From the NCBI RefSeq assembly GCF_963921235.1, contig NC_086103.1, positions 106,888,001 to 106,952,000 of the forward strand: 64,000 nucleotides of DNA, read 5' to 3'. The stretch comes from Mobula hypostoma (taxonomy: Eukaryota). Made by a program: the position numbers and the translations under genes. Shown in pieces: positions 49,686-62,212 of this stretch (positions are counted from its first letter, which is position 1; each line of letters opens with the position of its first letter). Under the pieces are notes generated by a model. That model did not search any database. It was given only the letters and a program-made list of their open reading frames with translations, and was not told where the DNA came from.

Positions 49686-50265
49686 AAACACGAGGAATTC
49701 TGCAGATGCTGGAAATCCAGGCAACACAAAGAAAATGCTGGACGAACTCAGCAGGCCAGGCAGCATCTATGGAAAAAGAGTAAACAGTTGATGTTTTAAC
49801 CAAAACCCTTCATCAGAAATGGGAAAAAAAAAGATGAGGTCAGAGTTAGAAGGTGGGGGAGGGGAGGAAGAAGTACAAAGTGGTAGGTGATAGGTGAGCC
49901 CAAGGGAGTGGGTGGGATGAAGTAAAGAGATGGGAAGTTGATTGGTGAATGAGATGAAGAGCTGGAGAAGGGGGGAGTCTGATAGGAGAGGATAGAAGAC
50001 CATGAAAGAAAGAGAAAGGGGAGGAGCACCAGAGGAACGTGATGGGCAGGTAAGGAGATAAGGTGAGAGAGGGAAATGGGAATGGGGGAATGATGAAGGG
50101 AGAGCAGTTACTGGGATTTCAAGAAATCAGTGTTCATGCCATCAGGTTGGAGGCTACTCAGATGGAATATAAGGTGTTGCTTCTCCACCTGTGTGGCCTC
50201 ATCGTGGCAGTAGAAGAAGCCATAGACGGACATGTCGGAATGGGATTGGGAAGAGAATTGAAGTA
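49686..50265 (-). mobile_element. Penelope-like element 3' fragment (GIY-YIG C-terminus plus terminal repeat)
   Basis: Minus-strand frame fragments HSDMSVYGFFYCHDEAT..EKQHLIFHLSSLQPDGMNTDF, then a pyrimidine-rich UTR and a degenerate hammerhead ctgatgaagggttttgg..aaaacatc. Confidence 0.9.
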
Positions 50266-50562
50266 GGATACATATTTAGTAAGTGCTTGTGTAATCTGAT
50301 AGGCTCTTTGTGATATCAAAATAAGGATTCCTGAATACCAATAGATGAATACACACAGACTGAGCTCATATGCTCATAACCAAAGAAGTCCAGCAAGAGT
50401 ACTTTTTGAATAATGTTCTGGGTCCTAGGGAAGCATAAATGATACTTCCATAAGTGAATCATTCAAATACCCTACCTTGATGCCAAACATTGGCTCCCAC
50501 CTCAGTGACTGCAACCTCCAAGTCATTTGCCTTGCTGCCAAGCTAACATACAAACGTTTGTA

Positions 50563-51355
50563 TTTCAAAGCTTTCAAAGGTAAATTTAATATCAGAGAAA
50601 TGTACAAAATATACATCCTGAAGTGTTTTTCCTTTGCAACCATCCATGAAAACACAGGAGTGCCCTAAAGAATGAATGATAGTTAAATGTTAGAATCGCA
50701 AAGGGCCTCCCAGCTCCCCCCTCCCACGCATAAGCAACAGCAAAGCAAAGATTCCCCTACCCTACCAGCAAAAAAAGCATCAGTATCCACCACTGAGCAC
50801 TCAAGCGTGAGCAAAGTAACAGTAAAGACGCAGACTTGCAGTTACCCCAGAGACAACCCGGCATTCGACATACCACAGACTCTCTCTCTCCCTAATAATG
50901 GAGAAAGAGGTGTATCCATTTTCACAGTGAGTGTGGAGACATAACAAACAACTCGCTGGTTTACAATGTTAAAAGTCCGTGATGTTGCTTTTTTTGAGCT
51001 CTGCGCCCAAAGATCTCGAGTCTTTGGGCAAGCAGCCATAGATATTCTGACTCCCCCCGACGACACACGGGTCTCCTGCCGTGACACCGACCTTCGATCC
51101 GCCCGTCTCCAAAGCCCAAGGTCCTAGGCCTCCAAAGCTGAACCGGTCTCTTAGGCTGAGCCCTTGCCGTGCTGAACAACGGCCAGTTAAGAAGCCCCGA
51201 AGATGGGTCCCATTCCCGCAAAGAACCGTAGTCAGTGTGTAACTCCAGATCAGGGTCTTCAAAAGAACCCTGAAAGGGGAAAATAGAGATATTAAAGATG
51301 GAAATAGAGCAAGCAAAGGAGTCGCTGTTTAGCGCCATCGTCACTCCGCTCCGCC
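50563..51355 (-). mobile_element. Non-autonomous ~0.8-kb retroposon, family B
   Basis: Minus-strand head gatggcgct; tail gatattaaatttacctttgaaagctttgaaa; no convincing ORF. Confidence 0.7.
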
Positions 51356-51699
51356 TTCAAAATGAAGTCTTAAAAATAACAGGTGGAGGTGGGCAGTGGG
51401 TGAATGCTGCTAATAGAATCTGCAACAGTCCAACAAAAGCAAAAACACAGCCTTCTGATTACAAAAAGAACTGTTTGTACAGTAACATTCATAATTGCAA
51501 ATTCTGGGAGAAGTAGGCAGGAAACAAGGCTTTAGATTACTAGATTACTAGGTAAGATGATGCCACTTTTGGGTAAATTTCAGACAAAGCCATCATTCAC
51601 AATGAAGTTATGATGATGAGGCAAGTGAGTGAACTCTTTGCAGGGAATTACGTGAAGTGTGAATCTGAATAAAATTCTGTATACTTTTGGAAATAATTC

Positions 51700-51860
51700 A
51701 GAAGATGTGAGGCTCGGGTGGTTTGAGTTGTTCTCCGATCTTGACAATTTACTAGCAAATTTTTCATTACCACCAATAGCTCACTGATGATGTCTCCTTG
51801 CATGGTGATGAAGAGTTTGCAAGTAAATTGCCAAGTTCAGAGAGCAACTCAACCCTGCAG
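51700..51860. mobile_element. Second Penelope-type family terminus: inverted repeat enclosing a degenerate hammerhead
   Basis: Arms 51723-51759 and 51816-51852; ctgatga-tgtctccttgcatggtgat-gaag at 51784-51813. Confidence 0.6.
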
Positions 51861-51899
51861 GTATATTTTAGTTTTATTGAGTGATACATTCTGGCTCTT

Positions 51900-52130
51900 C
51901 AAGCCACACCACCCCAGCAACCCAACACCTCTGATTAACCCTAACCTAATCACAGGCCAACTTATAATGACCAATTAGCCAACCTAGTAGGTCTTTGGAG
52001 TGTGGGAGGAAACTGGAGCACCACAGGGAGAACATAGAGAGACTCCTTACAGATTGGTACCAGAATTGAACTCTGAGCTCTGATACTTCCGAACTGTAAT
52101 AGCATGGCACTAACCGCTATGCTACCATTT
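51900..52130 (-). mobile_element. HE1/V-SINE-like element
   Basis: A box tagcatagcggtt and B box gagttcaattc on the minus strand; gtttcctcccacactccaaagac. Confidence 0.75.
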
Positions 52131-54499
52131 CTACATAGGTGATTAAAAATAGCGAGAGTGGATCTCAAAAATAATAAGCTTGCAATAGTTTTGTGTTTAG
52201 ATTTGTTTCTTTGGTATCTTCATGCACAGAAGCAAAAAAATTGCCACTAATATTAGAAAACACAACATTAATTGCTACTACCCAGACATGACAATGACCG
52301 GGTTATCTGTCTTCTGGTGATGGTTGAGGAATTTATGTTGCCCAATAATGTGAAGGCAATTCCTTCACATCTACAAAATGTATCCATCAAAGAAATCAGA
52401 TAACCCCCCCCCCAGATTAGCATCTCATTCAAAAGACAATACAGCTGCCAAAGCAGCAGTTGAATGACAGCCTTGCTTTCAGATGTTCTATCTTTGGAAC
52501 AATTAACATTGCAGCAGCGAAAACGGCACTGACAGGCCCAGAGCTGACGTGAATGTGTAGAGAGCATTGTCACATTCCTCTCTTTCCCCCACAGTACCTT
52601 CTGTGGTTGCTGACCTTCTCAAGATGTGCTTATAATGAGTTATGTCATTCTTGTTGGACTTAATTTTTTTGACCATTTTGTGCATTTTTCTTTTCTTTTC
52701 CCTCTTCAAACCATAAATCTTCTGGAAAATATTCCAACTACAATTAGTGATCTTAAATTTAACACATACTCAGTTCAAAAACTCGCCAAACCAGGCAAAG
52801 ACGGTATAATTTCCATATAATTCGTGACATTTCCATTTAGCCTGTGCCGTTTTCTCGGGCTCCAGGCAAGATCACAACTTCTTGTTGTGCAGTCATTTTC
52901 ATAATTCATTCAGCAAGCCAGATGAGAGCCAATATTGTGAATACCCCCATTACTTAAAGCTAGCCATGACCTTTTAAAAGAAGAGTGGGTCTAAGATCAT
53001 TCTGCACATTCCACTGCGGAAGATTTACCAAAGACTCATAATGGGACGGTCCCAGTGTTTAGACGCTACTGTGTGATCATGGTGGGGGGATGAAAAAGGA
53101 TCGTGTCCTGTATTCTCTGGAGACCACCATCTACATGCTCAGAAGGCAGTGACAGCACTGGCTTAACGAGCTCATACGTGGAAAGAGAGGATATTCAATG
53201 ATCTTAGACAAGGACAGGAGAGCATCTTTAAATGTCTTAACTTTCCATTAGCACCATTACCCTCATCCATGGCTCAATGCACCACTCCTCCATAGAGACT
53301 AATCCAAAGGTCTATAACAACCTAATTGACATCACGAGCTGCCTATTCTTCATGCTGTCAGCAATCATTTAAAGCATTTGTGCAAACTCTCTGTAAACTT
53401 CATGTCCTTTTATCAGTAGAGTATGTGTCCTGTATTTGATTTTAGAATCAGGAGCCATGTAATATTCATAGGTTTTACTTTATGCTGATACGCTCTCACT
53501 GGTGATTGCTTTGCACCCATGGCTCACAGCTTTAATAGACAGCCATTACCAGCAGCTATATATAACCTAAACATACAGCACAACATTCATAGACACACTT
53601 CCTTCCATTTGGAGGAACAGGCGGTACACAACGTGAGGGACACTTCATTGTGACAACATTACAACATGAGATTGTGGATTAGAAGTAATGATAAGTAGTG
53701 CATTAGTGGCATTCGTTCAAGAATCACGAGATTCTGGAATGGTTCCAAAAGACTAGAAAATCACATGGGTCTTTCCACTCGACTCGTTAAGAAAGGAGTG
53801 AGTCAGAAGACAGGAAATTATACACCAGTTAGCCTGACTTCAGTGGTTGGGAGGACGTTGGAATCCATTATTAATGATGAGGCTTTGGAGTACTTGGAGG
53901 AACATGATAAAATAGGTTGAAGTCAGCATGGTTTCTTTAAGGGCAAATCTTGCCTGACAGATCTGTTGGAATTCTTTGATGAAATGACAGGCAGGATAGA
54001 TAAAGAAGAGTCACTGAATGTTGTTTACTTGGATTTTCAGAAAGCCTTTGACAAGGTGCTGCACATGAGGCTGCTAAACAAGGTAAGAGCCCATTGTATT
54101 ACAGGAAAGATACTAGCATAGATAGAAGATTGGCTGACTAGTAGGACTCAAGGAGTGGTAGCAAAGAGATCCTCTTTCATGACCAGTAGTGTGCTGCAGG
54201 GGATAGTGTTAAGACCTCTTCTTTTCACCTTATATGTCAATGACCTAGATGATGGAATTGATGGCTTTGTGGCCAAATTTGCGGACAACATGAAGATATG
54301 GAGTCTGCAGAAGGACTTGGACAAATTATGAATGGGCAAAGAAGTCATATACTTTGGTAGAAGGAATAAAGATATACGCTGTATTCTAAACAGAGAGACA
54401 ATTCAGAAATCAGAGGTACAAAGATACTTGGGAGTTCTTGTGCAAGATTCCCTAAAGGTTGCTTGCAAGTTGAATCAGTGGTAAGGTTGCAAATGCAAT

Positions 54500-54855
54500 A
54501 TTGACATACATTGCTGTTTCTTCGGTAAGGGAGGGGGTTGGGGGGGGAGGTTTGATGTTATCACCATGTTTTTTGTGAGGGAGGGTGTTGGGAGTTTGAG
54601 GTTTTTGAGTTTTTGATGTTCAGCTGCCATTTTCCACATGGGCAATCTGTTGTTTTTTGTGTGAGGGAGGGGTTGGGGTACTTTAGGGTTTATAAGTTTT
54701 GTTTCTTTTTCTTTTTCATGCCGGAGAGGGGATGAGTTGATGTCATTTCTTCCAACAACTCCCATGGTTTTTCTGTATTTCATGGCTATCCGGAGAAGTT
54801 GAATATCAGAGTTGTATTGTACATGCATTCTTTGACAATAAAACAAACCTACAAA
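54500..54855 (+). mobile_element. Non-autonomous retroposon 3' fragment inside CR1
   Basis: Tail catggctatccggagaag..cagagttgtatt..ctttgacaataaa, similar to 40480-40686. Confidence 0.6.
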
Positions 54856-54890
54856 TCTATGAACTAATTCTGGAGAACTAGAATATATAA

Positions 54891-55523
54891 TTAGATTAGA
54901 TTAGATTAGATTATGAGGACACGCAGTCCTCTCTTATTGTCATTTAGTAATGCATGCATTAAGAAATGATACAATATTCCTCCGGTGTGATATCACAGTA
55001 ACACAGGACAGACCAAGGCTGAAAAACTAACAAAATCCACATAATTATAACATATAGTTACAACAGTGCAACAATACCATAACTTGATGAAGAACAGGCC
55101 ATGGCACAGTAAAAAAGTTCAAAGTCTCTCGAATGTCCCACATCTCACGCAGACGGGAGAAGAAAGAAAACTTTCCCTGCCATGCCCGACCATAGTCCGA
55201 CTCTGAGTCATCCGAAAACTTCAAGCCTCCGATCAGCCCTCCGACACCAAGTACTGAGCACCATCTCTATCCGAATGATTCGACCTCAGCCTCGGTCGCC
55301 AGCAACAGGCAAAGCCGGGGATTTTGGGGCCTTCCCTCCGGAAGATTCCCAATCGCCCATTAACAGCAGCAGCGAACCGGCATTTCAGAAATTTCTCCAG
55401 ATGTTCCTCTGTGCTTTCACGTCTGTCTCCATCAAATCAGAATTGTCCATGGCCCCTATTTAACAGAAACAATATCATTTTCACCAGAGAGCTGCGCGTC
55501 ACGTTGCTATCTTCTCCTCCTGC
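54891..55523 (-). mobile_element. Non-autonomous retroposon, family A copy 3
   Basis: (ttaga)n tail on the + strand; homology to 7286-7967 and 36385-37060. Confidence 0.85.
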
Positions 55524-56099
55524 CCAAAGGATGTAGTGCTGAGACTTTATAAGACAATTGTAAGATTGCAATTGGAACACTGTGAGCAATTTTGGCCCTT
55601 TATCTAAGAAAGGATGTATTGGCATTGGAGAGGGCCCAGAGGAATTTTACAAGAATGATAGGGTAAATTTATAGCATGAGGATTTTATTGGTGGCTCTGT
55701 GCCTGTACTCATTGGAGTTTAGAAGAATTGCGAAGGATGTCATTGAAACCTATTGAAAGGCCTAGATAGAGTTGGCTACTGGTAACTAAGAGTGTTCCAC
55801 AGGGTTTGTTGTTGGACTGTGTCTTTTCACATCACATATATATTTGGCTTTTTGGCCAAGTTAGTGAATGATATAAAGATAGGTGGAGGGGCAGGTAGAG
55901 TTGAGAAAGCAGGGAGTTTACAGAAGGACTCAGACAGATTAGGAAAAAGGGCAAAGATGTGGCAGATGGAAGATATGGGTTAACATATGAGGAGCACTTG
56001 GCGGGTCTGGGCCTGTGCGTGCTGGAGTTCAGAAGAATGAGAGGGATCTCACCGAAGCGTATCAAACATTGAAAGGCTTAGATAGAATAGATGTGGAGA

Positions 56100-58226
56100 T
56101 GTCATAAGGTGGTGACTGGGAATGAACCCAAGTGCTAGACACAGACACTGAAGTACTAGGGACAGGACTAGGATACAGGGTGAGGGCTGGGACATGGACA
56201 CGAAAATCGGGAACCCGCGACAGGACTGGACAAGAGAGCTAGGAGCCCGGGATTGGACTCCGAGCCAGAGACTGGACAAGGACCTAGAACCTGGGTCTTG
56301 CCTCTGGCTCGAACCCCAGAACTAGGCAAGGATGTGACTTGGCTGGCAGGCAGGATGAAGCTGGAGTCTTCAGACTTGAGGCGAGGCTGGAGACCAGAGA
56401 CTTGAGGTGAGACTTGAGACTAGAGGCCTGAGGCTTGGGGTCTTGAAGCTTGGCTTGGGGCAAGGCTCGAGGCTTGGGTTCTTCAAGCTCTGCCTGGGCA
56501 GGGCGCAGTACTCATGGGCAGGGCGCGGTACTCCTGGGCAGGGCATGGATCTCCACCCGATGGAGGCAAGGGACAGGAAGGGACAGAACCAACCGTGGGT
56601 ATCGGCAAGACGGCCTGGCTTACCTGATGGAGGCAAGGGACAGGAGGGGACAGAACCAACGGCAGGGTAATGGCATGATGGCCTGACTTACCCAGCGGAG
56701 GCAAGGAACTGGAAGGGAGCGAGGTACAGGGTGGCTCCAAAACAAGACTTCAGGCGAGGCAAGAGTTAGCGGCAAGACAAGGCAAGGCTTCAGGCAATGC
56801 AAGGCGAGACAAGAACTTCAGGCAAGGAAATAGAAGGCAGGGGAAGGGATACAAGGAGTCAGGACAAGAACAATCCAACAGCCGTGCCCTGGTCTCTGAA
56901 GGTATTTATGCAGCCAGCCCCAATAAGAATCAGCTGCCTCAATTAGTGCTCAACAGGAACAGAAATAGGGTAGACAGAAAAACCTGGAGCAAGGATCAAT
57001 GGACCGGACCGTGAACCGGAATGCGGACATCATGGACCAGACCATGATAGTTACACCCCCTCTACAGGAGCCTCCTGGCGACCAAACAGGCTATCCAGAC
57101 TATGGACAGCCCAGGTGGGTAGGAGTGTATTTAACAGAAGGGAGCCCCAGGTGGGAAGAGGAAAACAACAGTATCTGTGTCACTGGGTCCATGGTTGGCT
57201 GGATCGTTCTGTCATAAGGTGGTGGCTGGGAACAGACCCAAGTGCTAGACACAGACACTGAAGTACTAGGGACAGGACTAGGACACAGGATGAGGGCTAG
57301 GACATGGACACGAAAATCAGGAACCCGGAACAGGACTGGACAAGAGAGCTAGGAGCCTGGGCTTGGACTCTGAGCCAGAGACTGGACAAGGATCCAGGTC
57401 CTGGGTCTTGCCACTGGCTCGGACCCCAGAGCTAAGCAAGGACGTGACTTGGCTGGCAGGCAGGATGAGGCTGGAGTCTTCAGACTTGAGGCAAGGCTGG
57501 AGACCAGAGACTTCCTGAGGCGAGGCTGGAGACCAGAGACTTGAGGTGAGGCTTGAAACCAGAGACTTGAGGTGAGGCTTGAGACTAGAGGCTTGAGATT
57601 TGGGGTCTTGAAGCTTGGCTTGGGACGAGGCTCGAGGCTTGCGGTCTTGGAGCTCCTGCTGGGCAGGGCACGGTAGTCCTGGGCAGGGCACGGTACTCCT
57701 GGGCAGGGCACGGTACTCCTGGGCAGGGCGCGGATCTCCACCTGACGGAGGCAAGACACAGAACCAACTGCAGGTAACGGCAAGACAGCCTGGCTTACCC
57801 GATGGAGGCAAGGGATAGGAAGGGACAGAACCAACCACAGAGTAACGGCAATACAGCCTGGCTTACCCAACAGAGGCAGGGGACAGGAAGGGAGCTAGGT
57901 ACAGGGTGGCTCCAAGACAAGACTTCAGGCGAGGCGAGAGTTACCAGCAAGACAAGGCAAGGCTTCAGGCAATGCAAGGCGAGACAAGAACTTCAGGCGA
58001 CGAAACAATGAAGGGGGGGGAAGGTATACAAGGAATAAGGACAAGAACAGTCCAGCAGCCACGCCCTGGTCTCCGGAGGTATTTATGCAGTCAGCTCCAA
58101 TGAGAATCAGCTGCCTCAATTAATGCTCAACGGGAACAGAAACAGGGTAGACAGGAAAATCTGGAGCAAGGGTTGATGGACCGGACCGTGAACCGGAATG
58201 CGGACTTCGCAGACCAGACCATGACA
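56100..58226 (-). mobile_element. Miniature sushi-like Gypsy derivative: two LTRs (56100-57049, 57210-58226) around a 160-bp internal region
   Basis: Long direct repeats with TG..CA ends; 5-bp TSD ggaga (56095-56099, 58227-58231); minus-strand internal region starts gaacgatccagccaaccATGGACCCA and ends at the PPT agagggggtgtaac. Confidence 0.93.
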
Positions 58227-58547
58227 GGAGAGGAGTTTCCTGTAGTAGGGGAGTCTAGGACCAGAGGCAAATCTTCAGAATAGAGGGACGTCCATTTTGA
58301 ACAGAGATGAGGAGGAATTTCTTGAGCCAGAGGTTGGTGAATCTGTGGAATTGATTACCACAGATGGCTGTGGAGGCCAAGTCATTATGTATATTTCAAG
58401 TGGAGGATAGAAGGTTCTTGATTAGTAAGGGATTCTAAGGTTATAGGGAGAGGGAATAAGAATGGAGTTGAGAGGGATAATAAATCAGCCATGATTGGTT
58501 GGCAGAGCAGATTCAAAGGACGGAATAGCCTAATTCTGCTTCTATGT

Positions 58548-58710
58548 CTTTTAAAAGACTCTTAGAGAGGTACATGGAGCTTAAAAAAATAGAGGGCTAT
58601 GCGGTAGGGAAATTCTAGGCAGCTTACAGAGTAGGTTACATGGTCAGCACAACATTGCGGGCTGACGGGCCTGTAATATGCTGTAGATTTTCTAAGTTCT
58701 ATGTTTCTAC
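58548..58710 (+). mobile_element. CR1 3' end of a second subfamily
   Basis: Matches 8378-8520 (ggtacatggagctta..atagagggctatg). Confidence 0.85.
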
Positions 58711-59087
58711 GTCTTGTGGTCTTGTGTTCACTTAGTCAACAATGTGTAGAAGAATGTCCATGTGTAAGCTCACAAAGAAGATTGGATGGTCATAATTGGA
58801 AAGAGTTTGCTGAAAACACATTATCTTCCTCACCATACTTTCCTGTCCGGACATCTCTCTCCTGTGTATTTTATGTCTTGCCAAGAGAAGCCACACTAGG
58901 CCACCAACTATCAGCAAACAAATGGAATTAATTTCATCAGCTAGGGCCCTCTCAAAAGGTGAGCAAAATTCTTAATGTAAAGAATGACATCTAAACTATG
59001 CGGAATTACAACAGCCAAAAGAAATTACCCTTCAACTAACTGGCCCTTTATATTTTCTCAATGCACAATCAGTGGTGCAAAGTTATT

Positions 59088-60468
59088 GAACAGAATTGGC
59101 TTTATTTCTTATATCCTTCACATACATGATGAGTAAAAATCTTTGTGTGACTTCTTCGTCTAAATGTGCAATGTGCAATTTATAGTAATTTATACTAGAT
59201 AGTATGTACAACAGGAAATTCAATGTAGCATAGAAATACAGTTGTATCACTGTGATTTAATCAGTCTGATGGCCTGGTGGAAGAAGCTGTCCTGGAGCCT
59301 GTTGAGCCTCACTTTTATGCTGCAGTACCATTTCCCAGATGGTAGCAGCTGGAACAGTTTGTGGTTGGGGTGACCAATGATTCTTCGGGCTCTTTTTACA
59401 CTCCTATCTCTGAAAATGTCCTGAATAGTGGGAAGTTCACAACTACAGGTGTGCTGGGCTGTCTACACCACTCTCTGCAGAGTCCTGCGATTGAGGGAGG
59501 TACTGTTCCCATACCAGACAATGATGCAGCCAGTCAGGATGCTCTTAATTGTGCCCCTGTAGAAAGTCCTTAGGATTTGGGGATTCATGCCAAACCTCTT
59601 CAACTGTCTGAGGTGAAAAAGGTGCTGTTGTGCTTTTTTCACCACACAGCCAGTATGTACGGATTATGTGAGACCCTAGGTGATGTGTATACCAAGGAAC
59701 TTAAAGCTGTTCACCCTCCCAACTCCAGATCCATTGATGTCAATAGGGGTTAGCATGTCTCCATTCCTCCTGTAGTCCACAACCAGCTCCTTTGTTTTTG
59801 TAACACTGAAGGAGAGCTTGTTTTCTTGACACCACTGTGTCAGGGTGATGACTTCTTCTCTGCAGGCTGCCTCATTATTATTTGAAATAAGGCCAATCAA
59901 TGTAGTATCATCTGCAAATTTAATTAGCAGATGGAGCTGTGGGTGGTGACACAGTAATGGGTATACAGAGTAAAGAAGGGGCTTTAGGATGCAGCCCTGA
60001 GGGGCACCTGTGCTGAGGGGCAGAGGTGAGGGAGCCCACTCTGACCACCTGCCGGTGATCTGACAGGAAGTCCAGGATCCAGTTGCACAAGGCAGGGTGA
60101 AGGCTGAGGTCTCTGAGCTTCTTGTCAATCCTGGAGGGAATTATGATGTTGAATGCTGAACTGTAGTTCAAGAACAGCATTCTCACATAAGCATCCTGTG
60201 GTAAACCATATATATATATATATATATATATGCTGTAACTGGGTTACCTGTCTGGACATGCCCCTCTGCTGACTGCTCCTGTGGCTCCTCCCACAGACCC
60301 TGAATAAAGGTGATTGTGCCACTGCTCCTCCTCTCAGTCCAGGGCAGATACTCAGCATGGACGAGGTCCCATTTTACTGTTAATAAAAGCCTTTCAGTAT
60401 TTACTCTACTTCCAGTCTTTTGGAGTACTTGATAGTGCATCACATCCTTCTTCTCCAGGTGTGCAAGG
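59088..60468 (-). mobile_element. Rex/Babar-type LINE RT fragment
   Basis: RMLFLNYSSAFNII, STGAPQGCIL, IKFADDTTLIGLI, KKAQQHLFHLRQLKRFGM. Confidence 0.95.
60197..60442 (+). mobile_element. Solo LTR of the 1475-5123 Gypsy family, nested in the Rex LINE
   Basis: Homologous to 1475-1701; 5-bp TSD catcc (60192-60196, 60443-60447); expanded (TA)n. Confidence 0.95.
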
Positions 60469-60620
60469 AATACAGGATATTGGCTGCAGGGTCAAGCAAC
60501 AAGTATGGCAGTTTTAGTGACAGCATCAAATCAACATAGCAACCTGATTGACATCATGAGCTGCCTACTTTGCATGCTGTCAGCAAACATTTGAGGCATT
60601 TTGGTGCTTGATGTCCTTCT

Positions 60621-60915
60621 ATCAGGATCAGGTTTAAAATCACTGGTATATGTCTTGAAATTTGTTAACTTAACCACAGCAGTACAATGTAATGCATGAT
60701 AAATATAGGAAAAAACTGAATTACAGTAAATATATATATATATATGTATATTAGATAGTTAAATAAAAATAAGTAGTACAAAAACAAATTTAAAAAATAG
60801 TGATGTAGTGTTCACGGGTTCAATATCCATTTAGAAATCAGATGGCAGAGGGGAAGAAGCTGTTCCTGAATTGCTGTGTGTGTGCCTTCAGGCTTCTATA
60901 CCTCCTTCCTGATGG
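60621..60915 (-). mobile_element. Rex/Babar-type LINE 3' end
   Basis: Reverse-strand match to 16270-16566. Confidence 0.85.
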
Positions 60916-61889
60916 AAAAGTATGTGTCCTGTATGCCCTTTAGAACTTAATTATCGCTCTCATGCCCAAAATGGTGTGCTGCAGAATCCAATATTATCCC
61001 TCTTGATTCAGAATGGATCATTAACCCTTTCAATGATCAGATGTTTTCTGTGTCCTGAGCAAACAAATACAGAAACTGAACAGTTTCTGAGATTTATCCA
61101 TCACCTACGCTCATGGCTGTCAGCCAACACGTACTGAAGAATAAATGAGTAATCACTATGAGCTCGATGTGGTTGTATTATTGCTTCTTGCTATTTTTGG
61201 GTACAAGAGAAATAGTGTGCATTGCAACAGGATGTAACTTTGCCCAATTATTACAAATCAACCTTTAGCACAAGAAGAATATCCATAGTTCCACCAAATC
61301 TGTATCTTTCTTAAATAAAATAACAGCCAAAGAACCCTGTTTCAACAATATTGTGGAACAGAAATCACCAATGCAAGCTTCTAATTACAAAATTCTGTCA
61401 GAAATATCTTGAGACTGAATTGATTAATAAATGAAATGTAACTGGAAACAATTGGATAAGTTCCGTTAACTTTTATATTGTGTTTTAGCTATAAGTTTGG
61501 AAGCAATTTGAAGTAACATATATCAGAGAGAATGATGGGATTGGAATGACTACCCCATTTCCCTTGTTAATATTCACATAACTTTAATCAAAAATGATTT
61601 CAATGCACAGAGTACTTGAGGAGGTGTAAAAGGGACAGGCAAACTCATGCTGGGAACATTCCTCTATGAATTGCAATATAATTACCAAGAAATGTGGCTT
61701 AGTACACTTTTTGGTGTAACTTTTTTTCAAAGATGGGACACAAACAAAGATTCTGCAAATGACAGAAATCTTGAGCAACACACTCAACATGGTACATCAA
61801 CTCAAGAAGTCATGCAGCATCAGTGGAGATAGAATTGGCCCAAGAACCTTCAACAGGATTAGAAAAGAAGGGGCAGTAGCCAGAATAAG

Positions 61890-62212
61890 TACTGGAGCTT
61901 CAGGACTCATACCACCAGTTCAGCAACAGTTATTACCCCTCAATTATCAGACTCTTGAACCAATGGGAATAACTTCATTCAACTTCACTTGCCCCATCAC
62001 TGAACTGTTCCCACAACCTATGGACTCACCGTCAAGGACTCTTTATCTCATGTTCTCAATAGTTGTTATCTTTTGCACACTGGTTGTCCACCCTGTTGAT
62101 GCGGTCTTTCATTGACTCTATTATGGTTATTTGATTTATTGAGTATGTCCGCAACCACTGGGTTGTATTTGGTGACATATATGTACTTTGATAATAAATT
62201 TGAACTTTGAAT
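61890..62212 (+). mobile_element. Rex/Babar-type LINE 3' end with (ttgaa)-type tail
   Basis: ggactcataccaccag..aacagttattacccctcaa; ends gtactttgataataaatttgaactttgaa. Confidence 0.7.

Larger units (their letters stand above)
53690..58550 (+). mobile_element. Composite CR1 ORF2 fragments hosting several insertions
   Basis: GNYTPVSLTSVVG, DFQKAFDKV, KFADN; continues after 54860, 55525 and 58227 to a CR1 3' end. Confidence 0.9.

Noticed and set aside
57658-57735. Short direct repeats resembling a CRISPR array
   Set aside because: Head-to-tail repeats without unique spacers, inside a eukaryotic LTR, with no cas genes.
56370-58119. Many overlapping Pro/Ser/Cys-rich ORFs
   Set aside because: Artefacts of GC-rich tandem repeats inside the LTRs.
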